The position numbers were made by a program, and so were the translations under genes. 64,000 nucleotides of DNA from Cyanophora paradoxa CCMP329 (Eukaryota; Plantae; Glaucophyta): positions 124,001 through 188,000 of the forward strand of contig QPMI01000640.1 of assembly GCA_004431415.1 (NCBI GenBank). The letters are read 5' to 3'. How positions within the stretch are numbered: the first letter of the stretch is position 1; every line of letters begins with the position of its first letter. Of this stretch, positions 23,444-35,900 are shown one piece after another. The notes below the pieces were generated by a model. It saw only the letters and a program-made list of their open reading frames with translations. It was not told the DNA's origin and did no database searches.

Positions 23444-23600
23444 GATCATGCCATCATGGCTGGCATAGCCAGCACAGGCTCGCCAGCGGCCGTAGGCGCG
23501 CCTGGGTGCGGCTAGGCACGTTCGCGGTGCACCCTTGTTGACGGTCGATTTGCTGTGCACGCTTGTGGACTGTCGAGCCTTTCAGCATTCACCTGCCGCA

Positions 23601-26600
23601 ATGGACACATCCGGGAGCTACGAGAACTCGCTGGAGCTGTCCTCGTCCGCCGGCAGCATGAACTTCGGCCGCAACGAGGCGGCGTTCGCCTTCGGCGGGC
23701 AGATACCGCGTGCGGTGCAGAAGAAGCTCCAGCAGCAGCAACAACAACAACAGCAGCAGCAGCAGGGCGCCGGGCGCGGCAGCTACGGCGCTCCAATTTC
23801 AAAATCCGCGCCCGCCCCTGCCGGCCGCGGGGTCCCTCCGGCGGCCGGCGCGCGCGATCCTTACGCAGCTATCAACCTCTCGGGTCCCGCATCATCATCC
23901 GCCGCGAAGCCGAGGGAGCCCTACGCCGGCATCCAGCTCGGCGGTCCGAGCGCAGCAGCGGCGAAGGACCCCTATGCCAGCATACCGCTCGGGGGCGCTA
24001 GCGGCGTCGCGAAGAAGGATCCTTACGCGGGCATCCCCCTGAGCGCGGGCCCCGGTCCCTCGGGAGGCGGGGGCGGGGGCGGCGTGCTGGGGTTCGGCGG
24101 CGGCCGCGGCGGCGCGGGCGCCAAGGACCCGTACGCGGCGGTGAGCTTGGACCCGTACGCGGCGGTTGATCTCAGCCGCGCGTCCTCCGCGCCGGGGGCG
24201 GCCAAGAAGGACCCCTACGGAGGCATCCAGCTCGGCGGCGGCGGCGCTGGCGGAGGCGGCGGCGGCCAGCGGCGCGGGAGCGCGACTTTCGACGCGGACA
24301 GCGATTTCGACTTGGAGGAGTTCGAGAAGCCGCAGAACAAGGGCCGGCGGACTGCCCCGGCGGGGGCCGCGACCGCCGCCTCCGCCTCCGCCTCCTTCGC
24401 GCGCGCCTCCAGCGCCCCCGCCAAGCAGGCCCCGCCCTCCGACCCCTACGCCGCCATACCCCTCGACTTCGGCGGCGGCGCCAAGGCCGGCGCGAAGGAG
24501 AAGCGCAGGGGTTCGGCCTCGGGCGGGGACGCTTTCGACCCCTTCGCGCCCCGCCCGGGTATCGCCGTCTTCGACCCGAACGCCGACCCCGACTTCGATG
24601 AGCTGTACGCCCCCCCGAAGCCCAAGCCCGCCCCCTCCCCCGTCCCGGCTCCGTCCCCCGCCCCCGCCCCCGCCCCCTCTCCGGAGCCGCGCCCGGGCAT
24701 GTCGGGCCGCAAGGACGCTGCCCCCGGCCCCGCATCCGCCGCCGGCTCCTCCTCGGCTTCGAAGGGCGGCGGCCAGTCTCTCTGGAGCGCCCCCGGGGCC
24801 CAGTCCTCCCTCGCCCCCGCCCGCTCCGCCCCTTCCTCTTCCCTCAAGGCGAGCGCCCCCCCCTTCCCCCCCTTCCCCCTCGCCTGCTGATACACGGGCA
24901 GGGGGGCGCGAAGGATGCCTACTCCTTCGAGATCGACCTCAAGCCTGCGTCGTCCTCCTCCAAGGCCCGCCGCGGGCCCCGCGCCCCCGCAACCCCCTCC
25001 CCGCACCTCCTCTCATCCCCCTCTTGCCCCGCCGCAGGCCCCGCCAGCATCAACCAAGCCGAAGGATCCGTACGCCTTCGACCTCGACCTCTCCTCCGTA
25101 CCCTCCTCCAAGCCCGTGAGCCCTCTGCCCCCTTCCAGCTCGCCTTTCTGAGAGCCTCTCCCGGCTAATCGCGTGCCCCAGGCCGGCCCGAAGGACCCCT
25201 ATGCCTTCGACATCGATCTCAACCTCCCCTCCTCGAAGTCCCAGGCCCGCGCCCCTATCGACCCGCGTACCCTGGGGTCTCCTGTTGACGCGGTACCCCT
25301 GCAGCCCGCAGCAGGCAAAGTGAAGGACCCGTACGCGTTCGACGTCGACGTGCCTGCCGCAGGCTCCAAACCCGTGCGCATGCACCCCCTAGCCTTCCTG
25401 TACCCCCATCCCTCTGAGCCGGGGCAGGGATCGGCGAGAGGGTCGGACTTGGACGGGGAGAGCCGGCCGCGCACGGGCCCGCAGGCGCAGGCGGAGTCGC
25501 GCCGCGGGTCCATAGCCGACTCGCTGGCGGCGGCGGCGCAGGGGGGGCGGCCCCTCTCCGCAATGGAGCGAGCGGAGATGGCGCTGAGGAGCGGCCGGGG
25601 CGGCGGCAAGGCGGCCCCGGCGGCGCCGCCGGCGGCGCGCAGGTCGACATTCGAGGATTCGGACAGCAGCGAGGTGTTCGACTCGGATGGGGAGCTGGTC
25701 GTGGGGCCCAGGAAGCCCAAGGCGAGGCCGCCCGCTGCCCCCGCCGGCCCCGCCCCTGTTCGCCACCTGCCCCCTCTGCCCCCGCCCCCTCGCCCCCTGC
25801 CGCCTCCCTCGACTCGGCGTGTGCAGGGCGCGAGGGACCCGTACGCCGCGATAGACCTCGACATGGACTTCGGAAAGGCCGCCGGCAAGCCCGCCCCGGA
25901 AAAGGGCCCCGGCGAGAAGAACCGGCGGGGCAGCATCGCCTCCGACGCCTCCCTGGTGCAAGCCAGCGCCGCGCAAGGAAACAAACGCGGAAACGAGATC
26001 CCCCCGCGCAGGAGTCTGTCCCCTCGTCGGCCTTCTCGGACTCGCCGCGGCGCAAGTCGCCCCGGCGGGGGGCCGGCGCTGGGGCGGGCGCAGGCGCGGG
26101 CAAGCCGCAGCAGCGGCGGCCGCTCAGCGACGAGGAGGAGGACCTCGAGGTGCGGCGGGCGCGCTGGGGCGCGGGGCGACCGCTTCCGGCCGGCCGGCCT
26201 CTCTGAGGCCCGCGGCAGGCCAGCGGCGGCCTCGGCGAGTCCGACGAGCTCGCCAAGAGGTGCGCCCCAGCGACCCGCCCCGCCGGGGCGCGCGTGGTGG
26301 GGGTGTGGTGGAGGTGAGGGGGCCGGCTCGGGGCGCAGCGACGCGCTGGCGAACGCGATCCGGACGCTGGACTCGGCCATCGCCGAGCGCGCCCCCGTCC
26401 CCGCCCCCAAGAGGTCCCCCGCCCCTCCCCGCCCCGGAGAGCCCCCCCTCCCAACACCCGCATTCGGAAGCCCCGCGCCGCCTGACGCCCTAAGCCCCTC
26501 CCTTTCGCCGCAGCTCTTCCTTCAAAGCCTCCGCACCCGCTCCAGCCCCGGCCCCGGCCCCGCCGGCGCACCAGCCCATCATCGCCGCCAAGCTCGGGAT

Positions 26601-29004
26601 CCAGGTTCGAGTCCAGCCGGAGCCCCATTATGCGAGCGCCGGGGTGAGCCTGGGGTACAGGTGCGGACCATCGCGGACCTTCTCGCGGAGGACCCGACCC
26701 CGATGCCCTTGGCCTCTGCCGGGGTACGGGAACCTCACTCGCGCGGCCTCGATTTCGTTTCGTTTCGTTGAATTCGGCTCTGCGGCCCCGCAGAGCGAGA
26801 CGAGCAGCGGGGTGCCCACCCCGCGCCGCAGCTCCGACGGCGGCGAGATCTCCTCGGTGAGCGTACCCCCTCTTCCTCCTCCCACCACGACTGAGGGGTC
26901 CCGTCCATTCTCCAGCCCGAGCCCGTGCCCGTCGTGAGGGCTTCAGTCACGGGGCAGCGCGTCTTCTCTGCGGCCGACCTGATGGTTCGTGAGGCGCCGT
27001 ACCCCCCGGATCCCGCAGAAACCGAGCTCAATCCCGTACCCCCCAGCGCCAGTCCGTTTCCGCTTCGGAAGTCTCGGCCTCGCAGGAGCTCGCAAACTCG
27101 GCCTCCAGCATCCCAGAGGTTCCTCTCTCCCTTCTTGTCTTTGTACCCCCCAGCGATGTGACCGCGTACCCACAGATCGCGGACTCGATCGGGTCGCCCC
27201 TGGGGCGCAGCGGGCGCCGCGTGTTTGACTCGATCGAGGAGGTCCCGGTTCGGATCATCCCGTCATAAACCACTCCACGCTCACCCCGCGGGGCCGCCAG
27301 GAGGAGGAGGAGGAAGAGGACGGGGGAGGGGTCGACGAGAGTGCCGGCGAGGTGCGTGCGAGGCGGGCACCCCTCGGCGGGACACGTGCAGAGCGTCGCC
27401 GGCGGCCATCCCGCACTGCCACCGAGGCCTCGCCGCTCGCACAGATCCCGGACGAGGACGAGGAAGAGGAGGAGCGGGGTGGGGCGGGGCACGACGCCTC
27501 CGTCGTCGGCACCGAGCCCGTGCGCCCGCCCCCGGCCCCGCCCCTATTCCCCCTCTTGCCTGCTCCTCCCCTCCCTCTCTGCCTCCTCTCCACAGAGATC
27601 GCCCTGCTAGAGATCCATCCTTTCCCAAACGACCCGTGTCCCTCCCTACGATGGAGAACGCTCGCCAGCCGCTCGACTTCGGGGCGGGGCCGCGCTGAGG
27701 CGGGCGGGGGTGCGCAGGTGAGCGACGGGGAGGAGGGGGAGGGCGGGGGTGGCCCCCGCGCCGACCGCGACGACGCCGGCACCGTGCGCCCCCCCGCCGC
27801 GACCCGTCCCGCCAGAAACCTTCCCGAACGCAACACTCCACGTCCATCTCTAGAGGGAGGGGGGGGAGAAGGGGGGGTAGGGGAATGGGTGTGGGGGAGG
27901 AGAGGGGGGGGGTGCTTCTAGGGGGTCTAGGGGAAGGGTGCGGGGCGGTGTGGAGGGGCGTGGGGGCGGGGCGTGCGGGGCTGGTCGAGCGGCTCCGGCA
28001 GGAGTACACGGAGGACTTCGAGGCCCTCTCCGTCGCCGACACCAGCGCCCTCCTCAGCCCCAAGGCCCCGCCCCACACCCCCCGGCCCCTCCCTCTCCTC
28101 CCTCCCGCTCAAGACGGGCGCAGGGCCAGCGCACGCCCTCCGCCCTCCGAACCGGCGTGCGGGTGCGCCGGGGCCCTACGAGCGCAAGCGAACGGCGCGC
28201 CTCTTTTAAGCAGGCGTGTACCCCCGCAGGAATCGGCGGGGTCGCTGCGGGAGTCGGTCGGGGAGCGGCGCCGGAGCGTTGCGTTCCGCGAGACGCCGTC
28301 GCGCCGCGGTCCGCCGGGCGCATTCGGAGCGCCTCCCCGGGGGCTGAGGCCGGCGCGTGCCCCCCGCAGGCCACACGCACGACGCGGAGGTGCAGGCGGG
28401 CGGCCCCCTGCGGCCCCTCGTCGGCAACTGGACCTCCGCCCTTCCCTTCGACTACACGCGTACCCCCTCCCCCTACCCCCGCGCCCGCACGCGGCTGAGC
28501 GCGGGAGGGGCAGTGCCGGAGGTCCCCGCCGAAGATGTGTTCGAGGTGCGTGCGGCGGGGCTGGCGGGGCGATCGGGCCGAGCTCAGTCGGCTCCGCTCA
28601 GGTCAACCAGTGGGCCACGATGGAGTTCTTCAAGCGGCAGCTCGACCTCCTCTGCATTCGGGTACGAGAGTCCCGCCCCGTCGCTCTCCCCGCCCCTCCC
28701 ACACCCGACCCGCGCGCTCCCCAGATCAAGACGGACGCGTTTGCGGCCGACCTGCACGCCGGCGCCCTCGCGGGGAGCGGCTGGGGGTACTACGGCGGGG
28801 GTTACCGCTACACGACCCTCGAGGAGACGAAGCAGGCGCGCCCGCGTACCCCCCTCCCGGCGCCACCGCGGGCCACGCGAGGGCGCAAGGAACCGGGGGT
28901 GCGTGGCGCAGTACATCGCGGCGAACCGGCCGAAGGCGGTCTCCTTCGAGGAGGCCCTCGAGGCCGTCAAGCGGGAGGAGGCCCTCGGCATTCGCATCTC
29001 CTAG
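23601..29004 (+). CDS. Large disordered protein with polyQ, DPY-motif repeats and a C-terminal DUF4614 (C19orf44-like) domain
   Basis: Long first exon with DPYA repeats. The C-terminus MEFFKRQL..GYRYTTLEETKQ-YIAANRPKAVSFEEALEAVKREE resembles the C19orf44 C-terminal motif as I recall it. Confidence 0.7.
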
Positions 29005-29903
29005 CTCGTCTCCTGGCGCCCCCCTTCCCCTCCCACCTCCCCCCCTTCCCTCTTCCAACCGGGCGTCGCCTGCACTCGAATCCGCAAGCCCCGCCAGCAG
29101 AGGTCGATCGCGGCTGCGGGCGTCAATCTCGCGCGCCGGCCCGGGCGCAGAGGGTGAATTTCGCGCAAGTCTTGGAACTCGAGCTGCAGCTGCAGCTGGC
29201 GCCGGCGGCGGAATTTCGCAGCGAGATATCGATGTTGCCCGGGCTTGCCCCGCCGCGGCCCCCCGGGCCCGCGAAGCTCGAATTAAGTGCGAACGTGTAC
29301 GTAACGCTCCGCAAGCTTACCCCGGCCCGATTAAGTCGTTCGAATTCGCGTACCCTCTGCATGCTCCGCGGCGAGTCCGCGCCCTGCTGCTTCGGGAAAA
29401 GACGCGAATCCCGTCCACGCATTTCCCGAATGCACTGCGGCAGCCGGGCGCCCGCCGCCTGGGAGCAGCATGCCGCAGTACGCACGCGCGCGGCTCTACG
29501 TACGCCACAGCAGCAGCAGCTTCCGAAGTTCGAATTCCCGTTCGACGTCCTGTCGATCAGGCACCTGCAGCTAGCGCTATAGCTAACGCTGGCGGAGCGA
29601 GCTCTAGATCTTAAGCTTGCGTCAGATAGTTCAGAGGCACGCGCGCGTTGACTTTACTGCGGCACGCTCTTAAGCTTGAGTCGTTCGAACAATCGCCGCA
29701 GAGGGCGAGGCCAGCTGCAGCTGCAGCAGCTGCAGGCGCGGGCCATTGCAATTGCAGGCATGCAATTGCAATCGCAATCGCAACTGCAACTGCACCTAAT
29801 ATAGCTGGGCTTCATGGCTTCAGCAGCATACGCCAGTTTTAGTTGCAACTCCGCCTCGTTGGGCCCGCTCAGCGGATGCATATGCATGCGCAGCGTCGTC
29901 GTC

Positions 29904-32900
29904 ATGCGTTCGGCGACCGAGGCTCTTGAGCCTCCAGCCGCTCGCGCATGCGCAATCGTGCGCGAACGAGCGCATCCCTTGGCCTTGAGCTCGGTCGGGG
30001 CGCCGGCGAGGCCGCGGCCGGTGTCTGCGTCAGTTGCATGCGCAGCCGCGGAGCGCCGGCCAGGACAATTCCGGTGGCAGCAGCCGCAGTGCCGAGGTCG
30101 GCGCCTCTGTTCGCTCCCGCAGCTTCGGTTGCAGCTGCGGCTGGTCGCGCTGGTGGCGCTGGCGCTCTGGGGCGGCAGCGCGCCGGCGGCGCTGGGGCAG
30201 GCGGCGGCGCCCTCGTGCTCGAAGCCCCTGTGCAGGACCGGCGTGGGCCCGGCCTCCCGCTGGTCTCCCCCCGGTGCGCCTCCTTGCCTCGCCTCTTCGC
30301 GCGGCGCCCCTCACAGCCCCTATCTGATCCTGGTATCGGCGCAGCGAGCACTTTCCGGCGCGTCTCCGCGGCGTCTCCCCCCTCGGCTCCGCTTCCGCCG
30401 CTCACGGTGCGCGGACCCCGCGTACACGGACACGGCCGAGGCGCGCGGCTCGCTGATCACGAGTCGCGGCGGCGGCGGCGGCGGCGGCGGCAGAACGCGA
30501 GCCGCCTGCTGCAGACGGGCGTGGCGTACGCGGGGAGCGCCGTCACCTCGGCCTTCATCGCCGGCTGGATGCAGTTCCTCGCCCTCGTGAGCCCCTTCGG
30601 CGCCTTCCTTAAAAGCTTGGGCCCTCCTAAGCTGAAGCTACCTTTCAGCCAAGTAGTAAATCTAACGTTTAAGCTAATTATAAAGATGAATTCATTAGTA
30701 CGCTTCAATGTAGCCGTAGCTAAACCAGGAAAGCTGAAGCTGAACGGGCCAGGACATCGCGGAGTGGGCGACGAACGCGACGGACGACCCGCTGGTGTAC
30801 GCCTACGAGGCGTGCGACGCGGCGGGCCGCTGCTCGCTGCGCAACGGGAGCATCCCCGCGCCGCTGACCGCGGGCGGGGCGCTCGTGAATGGCGCGACGA
30901 ACCGCATCGACGGGGGGCCCGTCTACGGGGCCACCCCCGCGCGAGCGGCCGCCGTGCGGGCCTTCTCCGGCGGTTCGCCCCGCCTGCTTCTCCCCGCGTT
31001 CCTCTCCGACGCTCCCCCCGCAGGCCTTCTCAAGGAGGAGGGCTCGGCGGGGCCCCCGCCCAACGAGCTGGGCCTCCCGATGGGGGGCCCCCCCGAGCGC
31101 GCCCGCCGGCAGCGCCTGACCGGGAGCCCCGAGGGCAACGCCAGCCCCGCCCTCCTCGGCGTCATCAGGTGAGGCTGGAGGGCAGCCTGTGAACAGCCAT
31201 CCTGCGCTCTAGCGATCGCACGCGCTCGAGCTGCGCCCTCGAGCCTGCCCCTCGAGCGGCGGCCGGGGCGGCGCGCTGGGTGCCGCCTGACGCGGGGGCG
31301 GGGGCAGCACGCTGGTGCGGGAGCACAACCGGGTGGCGCGGGCGCTGCTGGCGGAGAACCCGGCGTGGGACGACGAGGCGCTCTTCCAGGAGGCGCGCGT
31401 CCGCGTCGTCGCCGTCATCCAGGTGCCCCGCACCGCCCCGCGCGCTCGAGGGCCCGCCCTCCGTGCCGGCGCCTGCTCGACAGCGCGCGTGACGCCGGCT
31501 GCTGCGGCGGGGCGCGCGCGGCGCAGCGGGTGACGGTGCTGGAGGTCCTCCCCGTCGTCCTCGGTGCGCCCCCTCGAAGCATCCACGGCAGGCCGCCGCC
31601 GCCCCGCCGGCATCCGAAGCCGCCGCGTCCCGCAGGGGCCCCGCTGACGACGTACAAGTACAACGCCTCCGGCGAGGCCCGCGTCCCGCTCGAGGTGCCC
31701 GCGCTCCGCGCCTCGAGGTTGAAGGGTAGGGGGCCCCCGCCCCGCCTAGAAGACCCGCCTCGTGCATGCGCAACGCGTCGCCCCCTCAGCGTCCGCCACT
31801 CACCCTGGGGTCTGAATCCTCATCTCAGTTCGCGGCGGCCGCGGCGCTCGTGCACCGGACGCTCCTCCCGCGCGTGCGCCCCGGCCCCCGGGCGCCAGCT
31901 GGCAACCGCGCAGCTCTCAGAGGCCTCGATGGGGGCAATCTGAGCGCCGCTCGGCCCCTCGCAGGCGTACGCGCGCGTGGACGCGAGCGGCGCCGTCGCC
32001 GCCGAGGGGCCCCTCTCCGCGTACGACGCGTACTACACCGCCGCCTTCCTCGAGGTGCCCCTACCCCCCCTCTTCGCTCCTCCGCGGGGCCCTCTGAGGG
32101 GCGGGGCGGGGCGCAGGGGAGCGCGGAGGGGATGCCGGGGCTCGTCCGCGGGCTCGCCTCGACGTACTCCTCCAGGGCCGACCTCCACTACGCCGACTTG
32201 TGCGCCTTCAACTCTACGATTCTGTAGTGGTTCCATAGGACCACTTGCCCCGCCCCTGACCGGGAGGGGCGCAGCCTGCGGGCGGGGCTGTGGCCGCTGC
32301 CGGACGCGGGGACGGAGGACTTGGCGCGGGGGCGGCTCGCGGGCCTGCCGCGCTACGGGCAGGCGCGGGCGGGCTTCGGGCTGCCCGTCCCCTCCTCGTG
32401 GGACAAGGTCGCCTCGGGGGCCGCCCTCCTGGAGGCCCTCCAGGTGCCCGCGCCCGAGCCCCCCGCCCGCCCCTCCCCATCCCCGGCTCAGCGGCCCCGC
32501 GCGGGGGGGCCGCAGGCGGCGTACCCCTCCCCGGCCGACGCCGACCTCCTCGTCGGCCTCCTCGCCGAGAAGGTCCGCCCGAGGCCCTCGAGCTCTTCTA
32601 GAGCACGCGCCTCTCTAAGATCTGGCTTTGAGACACGAAGCTGCTAGAGCTGCAGCTCGTCTCTGATCATGAGGGCGGGGCGCGCAGGAGCAGGCGGGGG
32701 GCGTGGTGGGCCCCCTCGCCGCCGCGATCATCCTCGAAACCATCAAGACCGTCCGCGACACCGACCCCTACTGGTCCCCCCAAGCCCCACCCGCCTTCCT
32801 CTCGTACCCCCCTTGCCTCAGCCGGCGGCGGCGCGCGCGCAGGTTCGACACGCTGGCGGCGCCGGTGCAGAACGAGGTGCGGGCGCGGCGCTTCACGGAC

Positions 32901-35900
32901 ACGGTCGAGTCGGCCTGGGCGCCCTTCATCAAGAGCCTCCCCCGCTCCGTGCGCGACCGATCGCTCTCCGCCGCGCGACGCCCGCTGCGCATGCTCCGGC
33001 GCGAGGCCAGCGCTGTGGCCGACGGGCGGGCAGGTCTTCATCGCGACGCCGCCGCCGTGGCAGCAGAACGACTTCTCGCAGGACCTCTCCGCCCTCGCCA
33101 ACGCCACTTCGCCCGCCCCGGGCAACGCGACGTCGCCGGCGTCGAACGCGACGGCCTCCGCGTCGGCGACGAACGCGACGGCGGCCTCGCACGTGTACGC
33201 GGCGTCGGCCCGCCTGAACGACGTCCTCAGCATCCGCTGGTCCATGCTCGTCGCGACCCGCGAGATCGAGGTCGCCGTGACCTGCGCCTGCGACGGCTGG
33301 GTCGGCATGGGCTTCGGCTCCTCCATGGCGGACGCCGACGTCGTCTGGATGCGCCACAACGCCTCGGGCTCGCCCCTCGCCGTCGACGCCAAGGCCATCG
33401 GCTTCCGCGGCCCCGCCACCGGTGCCTCGCCCCGACGCTCGCGGCCGCGCTTCGGGTGCAGCTGACCCGGCCGCGCGGGGCGCAGACGGGCGGCAGGACG
33501 TGACGCTGGTGGAGGCCTCGCGCTCGCCGGGCACGCAGACCTTCCGCTGGAGGCGCGCCTGGAGCACGGGCGACGCGGCGCAGGACAAGCCCATCGAGCC
33601 CGGCCGCCAGCGTGAGCGCCGCTGATTCGCGATCTATTCGCGGCTTCGCCCCCTCGGCCTGATCCTCCTCCGAAATGTGCAGCTCTCATCTTCGCGTGGC
33701 GGGCGAGCGGGACGGAGGTGCGATCTTTCGTTTGATACGCTCTATCGCATTGAATCAATCGTGGACACGTCGCCGAGAGAATGCTAAGGGCGATCCCGCA
33801 GTTTTCCATCCACCGCCCCATGGACGTCCTGCGCGGCTCCATCGATTTCTTCGCGGCGGCGGGCCTCAGCGCCGCCGTGGCCTACGGGACTGGCACCTCC
33901 AGCTCCGCATCCTCAGATCCCGGCGCGGGGGCGATCGCGACCCCAGCGGACCCGGGCTCGAGCTTCACTGTCTCCGAGGGCCGCGACTACGGCAACGCCT
34001 ACACCGGTGCGAGAGGCAGTCGCCCGCGCGTTCGGCGAGCCCTAGGCCTGACGCCGGTCGGATTCGCGATCGCGATCGCGGGGCAGTGCACGCGGTGGCG
34101 ATGGCGATCACGTGGGCGGTGATCGTCCCTGCGAGCATCTTCATCGTGCGGCACCTCAAGCACATCCCAATCTGGCTCAACCTCCACCGCGGGTTCGTCG
34201 AATCTGCCGCGCACCCTTGAGCTGCAGCTTGAGCTTGCCTCGAACCAAACGTCGACGCGCTCGAATTATTGACACCGAGCGTCACAGGATGATGCAGCTG
34301 GCGCTGACCATCACCGTTCCCGCCGCCTCTGCCGCGTTTGCCTCCCGGGCGACAGGCGCCGAGGCGAAATCTCACGGGTGCCGCCCCTTTGGAAACGCTC
34401 TATTGCGCGCGCTGGATCGTTGAAGCACGCGGCGGGCAGGCTGCTGGGTCTGGCGCTCGCCATCGATTCCGCCCTGCAGCTCGCGTTGGGCATGCTCGTC
34501 AAGTGCGCCGTTCATTGCGCAGCGTTGTTGAATTACACGGCGTTTAATCTGCCCGGCTCCTTGGCGCGTGCGCGCAGGCACTTCCACATGTCGCGCAAGC
34601 CGCAGCGCTGGGCGCACGCCGTCCGCACCCTCCACCGCGCCAACGGATGGCTAGTCTGCCTCGGGGCCCTCGCGAACGTGGGCCTGGGGCAGCAGCTGAT
34701 GATGCCCGTCGCCCGGAACGCCTTCATCCTCTGGCTCGCCGTCCTCGTCACCGTCTTCGCGCTCGGCGAGGCGATCTCCTTCTACAACTGGCGCCGCGTC
34801 GAGGTCATCTTCGACTCGATCAACGTCAAGAAGGTCGCGGTGCGCCAGGCCGGCGCAGAACCCAACAGAATGTCGCTGAACACGCAACGCGGATCCGGAT
34901 GGACAGCACATCACGCCGTCAGAGTTCGAGCGGGCGATCCGCCTCGGGTCTCAGTGGGTGCTGGTCGGGGACCGGTGCGCCCGCAACGTTCCTCGACGCG
35001 CCCCCGCGTGTCTAACGCGACGCGCTCCCGCGCGGGGGCGGGCAGCGTCTTTGACCTCGCCCCGATCATGTCCTCGCACCCCGGAGGTGCCCCTCGCACT
35101 CCGGCCCGCTCGCCTCTGGAGCTCGAGCGCCCGTCCGACGGGCGCCCCTCGGCCTTGCAATTGCGCAGGGACGGCGCTCCTGCACTCGGTCATCGGGCAG
35201 GACGTGAGCGCCTTCCTCTACGGCAGCGGCGGGCGCATGGCGTTCGGGGGCTACCGGGCGCACCACCACAGCGTCTTCGCCCACCGCATGCTCCAGGACG
35301 TCCGCCCCACCCTTCACCCGTGCAGCGCGCCCCCTCCGGCTTCGTCTGAAGGATGCGGGGCAGCTGTGCGTGGCGGTGCTGCACCCCGAGGGGGACAGGG
35401 ACGACGAGGCGGCGGTGGCGGAGGTGCAGACGTGGACGGTCGTGGAGCGGACCGTCGTCTGCCCCAGCAACCGGCCCATCTACCGCGTCCGCTTCGCCTG
35501 CGACGTGACCCCCTTCTACCAGTGCGCCCTCGGGGTCGTCGAGGGGGCCGTCGGCTCATGCTCTTCCCAGGGACGACCTCCGCTACCTGGGGCAGCACTT
35601 CGAGGTCACGGCGAACATCAACGGGCGCGACGTGCACCGCCACTACTCCCTTGTCCGCATCGCGCACGCCGGCGGGGCGCGGGCGGCGCCGACGCGGGCG
35701 CGGCGCTACTCGGTGGATCCCGACGGGGAGCTGGACTACAGCGCGACGCACGACCTGTGGCTGCGGCGCTACCCGACGGGCGCCATGTCGCGCTACCTGC
35801 TCGACGCCCCCATGGGCTCCTCCATCCGGTGCCCGCCCCGGCGCCGCCCCGCCCGCGCCCCCCCGAGAGAGGCCGCCAGCGAGCGCGCCCCTCCGAACTC

